Shown: positions 1 to 12,300 of the stretch, piece after piece
How positions within the stretch are numbered: position 1 is the first letter of the stretch
Layout of the letters: each line of letters opens with the position of its first letter
From: Trichoplax sp. H2
Taxonomy: Eukaryota
Assembly: GCA_003344405.1 (NCBI GenBank)
Contig: NOWV01000212.1
Location: 62,001 to 123,753 of the forward strand
Reading direction: 5' to 3'
DNA length: 61,753 nucleotides
Notes under the pieces: model-generated
What the model saw: the letters and a program-made list of their open reading frames with translations, nothing else
Told to the model about the DNA's origin: nothing
Database searches by the model: none
Made by a program: the position numbers and the translations under genes

Positions 1-851
1 AGTACTTTTAGAAAAATAGGCTGGTAGCCTGCTCGAAGTCTCTCCCTATCGTAGGGTAAATTTTCGAATGCCAAAATGGAGTTGGCTTTTCAATACCATC
101 AGCCCGTTTGCATAAACAACACCTAAATGAATGGCTGCTATTGCGTAAGAAGGTTGGCAGTTGGGCATATCTGAAAATACTTCATTGCCATCGATAGTTG
201 AATAGTAATGTAAATAAAAAATTCAGCCACGGCTTCGTCTACTCTATGTGTAGATGGGCAAGATCTCGACTCACGTCAATAATAAATAGATACCAGTAAT
301 TAATCCATTTTTATGGTCGAGGAAAGCAAGGAAGGGAAACATGAAGTAAAAATTCGCACGATATAGAAAATTGGGCATAGACCGTACTGGACAGTGTACA
401 ATATTGAGCTGGAAATTGAAAATGGATTGTTTTACATTAACAGGGTTGATGAGCTTCATTGAACCGAAATACGGTCATGACTACACCTGGAAATATCGCG
501 TTTTATCCGACTTGAATTTATTTTGAGCCTATCGAATGAAAGGCTATTAATATCCTCGACTACGCCGAAAACAATCATACCTAGTCATCACGTATTGTGT
601 TATAAAATCTTGCCAAGCAATTACATCTGTAAATACGAGCGAGTATCTAATAAGAAAAGAGTTTATGGATAACGGATTACGACAATCAAACATTAAAGTG
701 ATTTTATAATCAAGTGATTCCTAGCTTGCAGAATGTGTCCCTTAGTCACAGACTAACAGCATTGAGTTACAAAAGTAAGATTACGATTTAGTCGCAGAAA
801 GGATCCTATAAAACGCCAGGCGCAAATTTTAATCTTAGAAAATTATAGGAA

Positions 852-2879
852 TTAAAGCAGCACAGCTGAAAGGAAATAGATCACAAATAGTAATGCAATA
901 TTGACAGTTAAGCCGGAAGCACCATTGGGATACGCTTGACTGTCGGACATGGTCATTTTTTGAGATTTTTCATCAGGATAAGCATTGCAGTCCCAAGCCA
1001 AAGCAAGAACATTTTGAGTGGTAGTCGGTAAGCTATATATATTATAAAATGTAACGTTAACTTTTTCTTTCTATCTCAACAGCATTTAATTTTAGATACG
1101 GTATACTTTAGCGAAAGGATGGCAATGGCATCAAGCTATAATAGACGTTATCGCATACTGTCTACCTAGAGCAATTGAATACGTGCATTATGTCACATAA
1201 TGCTAAAGTTTAAAGATAGAATTCTATTCTGTCTAAGCTTGAAAGTGTGATCGAGTTAGAATCTAAAAGTGTTCGCTAACAAATAGATAAAACGAACATC
1301 TTCTGCTTACAGAACGCCGGCAAAGGTGGCGTTAAAATAATAAAATTAGAGTGAACAAATGGCATGAAATGATGCATCATTTCATTTTACTTAAAATCAA
1401 CTTTTCATGAGCGTATCTTCCTCAATTAACTACGGAAATACTACGAAACTAGAATTGCCAACAATCACGCTTGATTCAGGACAGCAATACAACGCCTTAG
1501 ATGCAAAGTATTTCATTCAACAAATTAAAAGTAATATAGCAAAAGCATTCTGCATTACTTACCAGGATATAGCACTTTGACATTGTTGCTTAGTTACACT
1601 GCTAACAATTTTTCGGCGATCAGTGCTACAGAAAGGGATGGTAGTACACGACATCTTGATCCATTTGTCACTGCAAAAGGCAGAAACACCAGCGGCAGCA
1701 TAGCTCGATTTCATTGAGGCAATAATCGCACTTTGTTGATACAAATTAGGTACAACCCACGACGGAAATGCAATATCCTTTGGCAATGGGCCGCAATACA
1801 TGGAATTAATGCTAGCCAGAGATGATTTGACGCAGGTTGATAAAGTAAACTGTTGACCAGTAGATTGGCATATCGCTTGCGTATTTAAACCATTAACATT
1901 GACTAATTTACTACCGCATGTTTTTAAGCCACTACAGGAACGACTAAAATCCAGATAGGTAGCCGATTTGGTATCCGAAGAACACTTTGGCAATGTTCCC
2001 TTACATAAGACATCTTTTAAAGAATTTTGGCATGTAGTGGAAAGTTGTCGTTGCAAAATGTTAAAGTTGCTAATGATGAAATGTAAAGTTTTGGTCGTTC
2101 TCTTGATGATCGTAGCCGGAACCAGATAATTGACATCGCAAAATGACATAATGCTTGCACTAGGTTTAACGCACTGATTAACATCTCCTTCAACCCAAAC
2201 AGTCACGGAACCTGGTGAAGCTGCCCGACGTTGCTGAAATAGATATGTAAAAATAAAATATTATTAAAATGGATAGAAATGCCTTTGATTAAGCAATGTC
2301 TTTCCAAGCAATCCTTTCAATATTTCTCAAACTTTAAATTTTGCTTCCTATGGCAATTTATACTACTGTACAAACCAGTTGCAACTTTCATTTAATTACC
2401 ATCGCAACAGATAAAGTAGTTTTAAAGTAAAACTGAGAGTAAATATAATATACTGAAGCCTTCAACAACATTTATTTGAATGACTACAATGAGATTTTCA
2501 GGTCGAGCATAGTTTAGTGCCCATATTGTACTTTATTATTCTAGAGCACAAGAAGAGAATTCTGTAAATATTGAGAATATACTCTAGCTAGTAACTATCT
2601 TTAAACATCATGTACAGTCGATCATAAAGTAGTCACCAATCATACGTGCGGTTACTACTACGTTAATCTTACTATAATATGAAAGCTTTCATACGGGTTC
2701 TTATAGGCAATTTCCTCTGATGCTACTTTGCCTGAGTCTTGCTTGATAATATCGATAATTTCTTGAAGCAGTCCATGATGACCACTTAACGCGCTAAGAT
2801 GGCTAGAATGGCCTCCATCGACTACACACATACTTATTGCAATCCCAACTAACAAGATGATCGATGTCGAGCCTACCAT
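852..2879 (-). CDS. Twin Frizzled-like CRD, putatively GPI-anchored protein, paralogue A (3 coding exons, 352 aa)
   Basis: Exons 2879-2673, 2233-1563 and 1032-852 are joined by GT-AG introns (phases 0 and 2) into one open frame. N-terminus MVGSTSIILLVGIAISMCVVDG is signal-peptide-like. There are 16 Cys in two repeats with Frizzled-type spacing (TC-x8-C-KGTLPKC; final CNAYP). The C-terminus is YPNGASGLTVNIALLFVIYFLSAVLL* with no cytoplasmic tail. Confidence 0.85.
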
Positions 2880-3043
2880 GGTTTTTCCTTTGTCAATGAA
2901 GTAATAACTTTGTTATTATAGCATTCCATAAATTGATTCAATTGAGGATCAACGCGTAAATTATAAAACAAAATAAATGTGTGCATTAAAACCTTAAATA
3001 TCGACAGAGAGAGTGCTCAAGCATTAATATGAAAGCATCATAG

Positions 3044-3600
3044 ATGAATTTAAATGTATCTATGGAAAGACTTGCATCTACTCTGAAATGCATGCCATGT
3101 CCGCCTTACTCAAGGTTATAATAAGCATACTAGCGGTTGGACTGCAATAAAAGTAAAAGCATCCGTTCACTTTTATTCTTACTCCTGTATATACTCGTGC
3201 TTTTTTACCAGCATTACAATTGTATAAGGTATGAATTCAAATATGTCTATGGAAAGACTTGCATTCACACTGCAATGCATACATGCTATCTGCGATTTAC
3301 TGAAGGCAGTATTAAGTGCATTGCATAACAGCATTTGAACTGAAATAAATTACTGATAGGTTATAGAAGTACAAGCAACTATCCACTTTTATTCTTACTT
3401 TCTTGTATATATATTTTATCATTAATAGCGATGATGAACATGCAATGAGTGAAAGGTCTACTAATTTAAATGCACAATGTATGAATTCAAAGATATCTAT
3501 GGAGAGACTTACATCTACACTGTAAGGCATGCATGCTAAGCGCACTTTACTTAAGGTTTCATAAAGTGCATTCAAGCGCTTGGACTACAATAAATTCAGA
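3044..3600. repeat. Three degenerate copies of a ~100 bp unit upstream of paralogue A
   Basis: atgaatt(c/t)aaa..tatctatgga(a/g)agactt(g/a)cat.tac(a/t)ctg..(a/g)gcatgc recurs at ~3044, ~3231 and ~3481. Confidence 0.75.
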
Positions 3601-6600
3601 CGAAACACGGCAAATATTGCTACAGGACTAGTAGGTTATAACAGGAAATTCATAGCTATAGATGTAAATTAGCAGATAATGTTAAGCCAAAAGTTATCGT
3701 CATCTGTAAGTTCAAAGGCCGCAATAGCAGAATTAGCGAAGCCAAAGGGTAGTATTTCAGGGTAATTTGAAGCTAGTTTAAATCCCCTATTTAAAAGTTT
3801 ATAGGACAAGGTCGTACTTAAAAAAGACATTTTTAAGTCTTAGTCCTTCATTTTAATACTAAGCGAAGCAGTTAGCATACAGAGCTAAGTCCATGTTTCT
3901 CAAGTAAGAGTTGCAATAACTTCATGTGCAGGATTTACTGTTTTAAAATGCGATCATTAGTGACATCACTTTATACTATCAAACACGAAGCAAAGCAGAA
4001 TGTAGATAAATTTCTGAAATAGCTATACTAAACTCATAGCATAAAATCGAACACGATATTCTAACTAGGTAACGAAATTCTTCTAGCAAAAAGTCAAAAT
4101 AGAAAACTTTACAAGTATATTTGCCTGATGGTATTAGCTCGAAGTCATAGAAGCAACAGCGGACTTCTGAAATTCTTAAGTAACAACATTTGATCAAACT
4201 AACAGAAAACAAAATTCAATTCGTAAATTAACTATGGCATTGATACACCCGATCAAGTTACGTGCCTATATTATTTTAAGAACTGTCTTAACTATGCTAA
4301 GCAAAAAAGTAATTTACGAGTGATGGCTTATTCAAATACTTCAACTTTCTTTTATCTATTTACTTCTCTATAATACTTCAACTATCAAACATGTTCAGTA
4401 GGGGTAACGTGGGAAATACGATAACATAGTAGAAATATTTCTTCTATTTATCAGCATGAACAGCTATAAGCTCTTACTAGTCAATGCTAAAATGCAGTTC
4501 CAACTGAATTTTACAATGTATGTACTATTGAGTAAGAGTTCGAAGTGCTGAATAAATAGCTTGGAAAAGTTTCAATTTTGCACCGACTAAAACCATTATT
4601 CCAATCGTATTTCAACTAATGCTTTGTGTTAAACGATCAAGTTATTACATGAATAAGAACAACTATACAAATATCCTTATTCAAGGGTCATAGGCAATTC
4701 TGTGGCAACTTTGCATAATAAATTCCATTAATAGTTTCGTTAGTTGTACGCAAAATAAGTATGTTGTAGTCACAAGCGACACCAATTAGACAGCAGCTAT
4801 CACTATCTTAATTTACTTGATATACTTACTTTTGGGTGAGAAAAATTAAACTTGTTTTCGCTATTAATGCTCCAAACTCTACTGGTACAAGAATTGAAAT
4901 AAATCTATCGGTCAGTCAATTCGAAATAAAGATAATTTCTAAAAAGTTGCAATTACAATAAAATGCATATACCATATGTTTCTTCCTATCCACATATGCA
5001 AGGTGCTACAAGAAATTATCGGATATCCAGTATTATCTTTTAGTATTTTATATGGATATTTAATGATTATTTAAACACATTACCGTAAAACTGCCATAAA
5101 GTGCAAGTAAATACAGTATCGAACTGTGAATAAACTCAATCATACTGCTTACCTAAAAATCATATGGTGATGCTTTTATTCGTGTTTTCGTCATAATTAC
5201 AACTTTATGCGGACGCAGTACATTGCTTTCGTAACTTTACTTGTTTGGCGAAATCGATTTGTAGCTAGAACTACATACTAATATATAATATTTAGGAGGA
5301 GACTAAAGTAGGATACCGTGGCCTCTGATAAAGACCTGGAACACTCTGCAATAACGAATATTCAAAACAGCAAGATATAACATAGTAGTCTAGATCATCT
5401 ATCATTCTTGTTGTAGCAAAATAAAAAGAAAGCTAATACAACTTCTTTTATCAATAAAATTATACTTTAACTACTACTAGTATAGGCTGATTCAAGCACT
5501 TATTGTTATTAATCCAAGATCAAAATAAAGCTAGTTTTCTCCTCTTATTTAGCACTTCCTTTCTATTTAAATACCTATCTTTGTTAGACACAGTCTGCAC
5601 AGTTAGTAGCAGAATAACTTCATTATAACTATTATAAAACCCATACATGCTATTAGATCTACGATTGCATAATCGATTAGAACACTTAATAAGTAACTTT
5701 TCTTGATTCATTTCCCAAACCTTAGTGGTATGTATTAAAATTGTCAAAGTAATTACGGATTCGTATAATTTTGAAAGTCGAACCTGATATGTTGCAAGAG
5801 TACATAAGACATACCAAGAAACATTTCTTGCTTTGCATCCTATCAGCAAATTTTGGAGTTTATGAAGGTGAATTTATAATGTATGCCATCGATAAAAGTC
5901 CCAATCTACCCGTAGCCCTATAAACCAATATTTTTAGTAAGAGGAAGCCGATTAAGAAAGCACAAAGTTGACAAGGATCAAGTTTAGACAAATTCATATT
6001 ATGGTCTATTTTAATATCGTCAATCCTTTCAAGTTTAATAAATATCTTGAAACTTGGAAAATTTAACGACAGTGTGGTACGGCATGATATGCAATTATCC
6101 AAGACCGATTTTCATAATGTTATGCATTCTGAAAAAAAACCAGCATAATATACAGCTATGATTTTATCACGGTTTTTGGCCTAACTTGTTCATCATAACT
6201 TTCTCATACCGATTTGTGAAATGTTGTACAAACAGCGAGTCTGATGGTATTTTATACCGTTTCTTCGAGTAGACTGTATCTCAATATGATCAAGGATTAG
6301 TAAACTAAAACCTTCCCAAAAAGGAAGAAATATGTTTCTCTTAATCTTAGCTATGCATCTGATTCTCTACCACTGGCTTAACTATAAAGGAATTAGCAGC
6401 CTTTATAACGTTTCATACTTTGAACATACAGCAAATAGTATTCTATTTTTAGATATCTTTCCTTTAAAGTATGGAAACATACCGTAGTTGCAAGATTACC
6501 AGTTCTTTCTAAAAGAGTGCGAGTATATCTCGATATAGTTTGGACTGAACTGCTTCAACCTCCGGAAAAAGAAAGGAATATATAACCTCAATCCCGTCAT

Positions 6601-8118
6601 TCTCAACGACTGGCTTTGCTACAAATTGACTAGCAATATCATAATATCGTATATTTTAAACATTTAGCTGATATCATCCTATATTCAGATATCTTTCCAT
6701 TAACGTTTAGAAACCTAGTCGTAGGGCTTTTCGTTCTAAAAGTGATGGTCCATGATTCTAGCAAATAGCTTTCGATAATAGTTGTTAATGCTATAGTTAT
6801 TTGATCCAATTCAAACAATTATAAAATAAGGTAATCGATGCTAAAGAGTATTAAATTTAATTTGAGATACTCGTAAATGATGATTGTGTTTGGTGTTTCA
6901 GCGATATTGAATGATATTCATTTATTGTCAATTCATATTCTTCTAGTACTGTCGTTCTTGAATAATCTAAAAACGATAATGAATTCCTGTATTTAAACTG
7001 CATTTTTATCATTCTAGATCTTACCTTATGATTTGAATACATGCACAGGTGAAAATTGATCGACAACGAGCTATAGTAACTATATAGATATAAATAGACA
7101 TAAATATCTGCTTTGATAATGTAAACGATAAAAACCTACATAATGACATGGTGTAGAATAATAAAACTTATTATATGTTGGAAACAAATTCTTTGCTGAT
7201 GACATTTCCTAATTTAAATTGGTTCTTACGATCTCAGAAAATGCCATCGCTCGTACACCATAGCTCGCTAGATTAGAATGTGAGCATTATCAGTATGTTA
7301 CATATTAATTAAATATAGCTATCTAAACTATAAGCTCTTGATGGTATAGATGAGGGCCCCTTCGTTGTAATAAGAAATGAGTGATTTAGTAAATAATTGC
7401 TGTTATAAATCTAAGTTAAATAGGCAATATGGGGTAGAATAATTTATGTCAGAGATAAATTAGGTAATAATATAGGTAGCTTAATACATCATTAACAATA
7501 GCTATAATGTACTTCAGATGATACGAGACAAACTGCTATTAAATCGATATTAATTCTCGCGATTAACTATAATAACTGGAATGTAATTATTTTCAAGTAA
7601 GGGCTACCCTGTAAGTATAGTTTTTTAACCACCACATTCACCTACTTAATTGAGAACAGTAACCGTTTAAAAATACAAATAATCACAATGATATAAGAGT
7701 GAAGTCTTTGTAGTTTGTATTCGTGCGCTGGAATTATATTTGAAATCTGCGCAAATAATCTAATTAAGGTAAGGTGAATAAGTGACAATCATTTTTTATT
7801 TTAAGAATAGAGTCTATATTTAAGGATACTTTATCAATTCATATTTTTAATAGCATAGCTGGTATAATGAGTCGATATAAAGGTAAAAGGAACGATTAAA
7901 TTTGATAGATAATAATAAAAATGAAGGAAATACTTGCATTTGAAGGGTTAAGATCAGCTTTAAAAAATTTATTACCCTCTGCTTTTAGTCCATTGATGTT
8001 ACGCAAAAAAATTCCAGTAGAAACTCTTATTTTGCATATCTTCAAAGAAGAATACGAATATAAGTTAGAAAATTCGTTGCCTTGCGAATTTAAAGTATTG
8101 ATTAAGAAAATAAGGGAT

Positions 8119-8320
8119 GAATTCTCACTTTTAAGGCGTAAACAGAATATTGCATAATGGACGATCACTATCGATTCCATGCGGAAAATTTCTCACTTTT
8201 AAAGCGTAAATAGAATATAGCATAATGGGACGATCACTGTCAATTGTATGAAAAAAATTTGTCACTTTTAAAGAGTAAATAGAATACTGTATAACGAGAT
8301 CATAAATGTTAATTGTAAGA
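8119..8320. repeat. Tandem repeat, ~67 bp x3
   Basis: tcacttttaa.g.gtaaa.agaata...cataat.g.gatca is repeated three times consecutively. Confidence 0.8.
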
Positions 8321-8599
8321 TTGAAATCAAGAAAATTTGTCCATCCTCAATTAACGGGGGGGGGAGTGCTATTATCAAGGAATTGCTTCCGCATCGTTTT
8401 CAAATCAACGATTTTAAAAATAACTAATATAGGCAACCCTATATATTTCTGTAATTAACCATTTATAGACAGTATATAGTTATCCTTTATTGGTTTCCAG
8501 ACTAGTGGCGTATAAAACCAAGACAATGTTTCTGTCTACTGTTATATTAACTAAGAGCATCTAATTTGCTTCATATATTTTAAGTTCTATATTGGATGG

Positions 8600-11500
8600 C
8601 ACGAGAAAATAAAAGGCCATTCCTGACTACTGTTGTTGTTAATAAAATAGTTCCATTGGCTTTATCGTATCGCTGTGTGGCATAGCGCTTCAGAAATTCA
8701 ATCAATAGCTAGTCCTGTTACTATATTCATTAAAATCTTCATTTTTATATTGTTAAGGATAGATTACAGTCTTGGAAGACAACTCTCTTCGTAATCCTTG
8801 AAATCCTGTCATTTGCTTCGTTATTAAGTTTCTTCTTTCTTCTATTGATAAACTTCCTTTAGGCATTGCCTTTATTGACATAAAGCTGAATTGTCCAATA
8901 TTTGTATCCTATTTGAATAGATTTTAAAGTGATCTCTATTTATTAGGTTCCTTTGATATTGGCTTTATAAACGTAAAGCAATATTGTCCAATACTTGTAT
9001 CTTAAACTAAATTATAGAGGGCTAGCGAACTATTAAAAGGATAAGACTTACACATATTTATCATCTTTATCAATCCAGAGTTATACAACTAAGCTAAAAG
9101 TAACTACAATTTCTTTGACGACGTCTTATAATTATCCTCGGTAAATACTTGTAAAAATATTTTTGTAAATTTTATTATATACTTTTTATTCATCATTTTC
9201 TATGTATTACCTTCTTTACACAAAATAGAATTGCCAGGTATTTGTATTCTATAGAATTATCAATTTTAAATGGAAGTACACCTTTGAAAAGAAGAGATTT
9301 AAAATTCTAGTAAACCTCATTTTATTCAATAAAATTCTATATTAACGCCATCATTAAATGTAATTTTTTCGGCAATAATTCGTTTCGTCTTGGTAAATAA
9401 TCTATAAGAATATTTGATTTAATTCAAGAATATATTTAGATGAATTTCAATATTAGTTTACCTCTTTATAATTATGTAATTTAGCCATAAATGGTTTTAG
9501 GCTATTGGCTGTTATTTCCATCGGTCTTTAGCTAACAATCTTGTCGTCATCTTGTCCTTGCATTTAGCTAGCTTGCTTCATTTTTTCCTTTTTAATATTG
9601 AAAGTAAACCGGTATTATCCTTGCTGATTATTTCAGACGATATATTATACCATTAATTACGCTGAAATAGTGGTCAATGCCTACAGCTAGGCATCATCTT
9701 ATTCGACAAGTGATCTATAAGACCTATAGGCAATTAAAGATAAAGGAAGCGGGCAATATATCAAGAATAACTTTCAATTGGTTCTCTTAATCTGAAATTA
9801 CATTAAACATAGTTACTGTATCCGATTTTATCCAACAGTAATCATTCTGCGACAGAATCAATCATTTTTCTGCCGCCCGATATTGCAATTACGTCAACAA
9901 ATATCGTACAATCATATTGAAAACCGAAATTAATATAATTAAATCAATTAAACGAGGACATGAAAGAATAATTATAGAACTAAAATACATTTCTATTCAT
10001 ATCATGGAATGCGTTACTTGTCGGCGAGATCAATTTTACGTAAGACAGTGACAAATGCTTAATCTTTCAAATTGTAGAAGAAAGATATCTTCAAGACATA
10101 AAATTGCTTATAGTCACATGGTTATATTCCTTGATTATATCATCCTAAGGCATCCATTGTCTAATTAATAGCTTAATAAACGAAAGATAAACGAGTATTA
10201 TGATTTTAAATACTGACACTAATAAAACTAATCACAGGTGCTGTTGAAATAAATGCCAAAGGCATAGCTTCTGCTTTACTATTGTTATCATTATTTACCG
10301 TAATTTATCATGTCATGGCATCCCTAAATCGGACTCTATCCGAGTGCTAGCGATTTATTAGTTCCTTTATTTTGCTCCAATACAATAGTGTCTTCGTTTC
10401 GCCTATGCCATTTATCATGCTAAAACTATTTATAGTATTTGGTGTATCGCAATAAATTCAACAATTCACCACAGCCTACCACTTATTTCCGTTGTATCGT
10501 GAATTGAAGACGTTATCTCTAAAGTTGATATATACCCAATTCGAACGTGAAAAACGGATTTCTTATTTACTTTAGGTAAGTCTGGATTAAAATAAGGATG
10601 AGTGAGTAGAATTTTTTTGATCATACGAGTAATACTGTTTGCTACTCATTATCGGACTTGAAGTTGATCTGTAACAGTATAACTAAATTTGGATTATTTA
10701 AGCACGTTAAATGTGATAATAACCAAACAAGTAATCACGGAAACTATACTATAAGTATCTATATGACAGATAAAAGTTATTCCACTGGTGTAGTAGCGCA
10801 TATGTTATACCATACGTGTGGATCTATTGGGAAGATTAATACTAATTTGCCTACAATATAGCAGGATATGAAAAATTTTCTGATTGTCAACTAAAATGTA
10901 CCGCTTACTAAATATTTAATTATGAAACTAAATTATAAGTTATTACCGATACCCAAATGTAAAAGTGATTACCGGAGGATTTAGAATCGTACTGAAACGT
11001 AGACCAATTTGGCTAAACTAGATTACAGGTCGTAGGATAAGAAAGCAATTATCAATTACGAACTGAAATAATATTCTGGGGATGCATCATGAACGATCTT
11101 ATTTGAATAGCTACTGCTATGATATTCTAATAATCTGTTATATTGTATTAGAGGTTATTTAAAGATAATACGTATCAGCAACACATATTCTTGCTTGTAG
11201 AAACACAATTCATTCATGGATTGATTTCTATTTTGTATGTCCTACGAGGACAAAAATAATAATGTCTAGTATAGGCTGACAAATGTCATGTAGTAGGATG
11301 TTTTAACCTAGAAATAGATTTTCAACTGATGATATCGTCCTAGGTGCTTTCTATGATTTGATAATTGGAGTTCTGATAAATTTCCGTTAGCTAGTTTCAA
11401 GTGTAATGAAATATCTTCTAAGTATATGCTAGTTCGATTGAGTATGATCTCAATAGCTACTTATGATTAATTAGTAATGATAAAATCTTTACAAAGTTAA

Positions 11501-12300
11501 GCTTAATGTACACAAATTCAGGTGTCATAAATAAAGCTAATTTCTTTCTTGAATAATCCGACAATTCAATACTTATGCACGCATCGACATTAAACAAATA
11601 ATCTTTCTTATTTAAAACTCGATCAATTTGGCATACTTTCTATTAGGTATTATGCTACAACGATAACTGATTAATATCTTTACATTCATTTACAATACCG
11701 TGTCATAAAATCTAGTAAATTTCAATAATACAACTGTTAAACTAGCCAAGATAGCGTTAAAATAATCTATGCTTTCAAGTTATAATTTACATATTTCCTG
11801 CGGACCAGTTCGAAGTGATGATATATCTTATCGAGATGTTTCAAAGTAATAGATTTGATGTTGTTACTAGTCATCGCTAATAACGATAGATTGCGTTAAG
11901 AAGCTCTGTTCAGCATACGAGTAGTGCTAAACAACGTCGATTTAATCGACATGGGAAATTCATATTTTAAACTGGATCATAAATTAAATGCATCGTTCTT
12001 AAGTAGCTTGTTACGAATGATATCATTAATTTTGGAATCTGAATTAAAGGACTCATTTCTTGTTTTTAACCGAATGAAATTTTTGGAAGTCCCTACTAAT
12101 AACAAACGACTGTTTGCATTCATATTTCCTCCTATTATACTTTTCATATAAATACTGTATGCTCCTTTATGCGTACAGGCGAATTCAGAAATTGTTTGAT
12201 GATGCAAATAATAGCATAGGCTCCGACATTGTAACGTTTCCTTTCGATTGATTTTGAGGTAAATGCATACATTATCCACATCTAAAGATTGATTCTTTTC
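8600..12300 (-). pseudogene. Heavily decayed leucine-rich-repeat gene relic, possibly an LRR-7TM receptor
   Basis: Minus-strand LRR-like motifs lie between stops and frameshifts: RNLSLLAMTSNNIKSITL (~11845-11895), SSVENLFLG*NIL (~11295-11335), SLLHLGIGNNL (~10936-10968) and YINFRDNVF (~10510-10540). These are followed by LRRCT-like IYCDTPNTIN (~10430-10460), hydrophobic stretches and DYCWI (~9830-9845). Boundaries are approximate. Confidence 0.35.

Noticed and set aside
1559..2206. ORF-track proteins ending in W* (also 21178, 23692, 33991) as complete single-exon genes
   Set aside because: TG|GTAA is a phase-2 splice donor; the codon becomes Cys after splicing to exon 3.
3600..6300. Possible second LRR/7TM relic on the minus strand (KLERIDDIKIDHNMNLSKLDP; DDDNFWLNII)
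   Set aside because: Only one or two loose motif matches in very AT-rich DNA, not distinguishable from chance by eye.
8356..8364. Isolated G9 run
   Set aside because: A single homopolymer with no additional G-tracts or associated structure.
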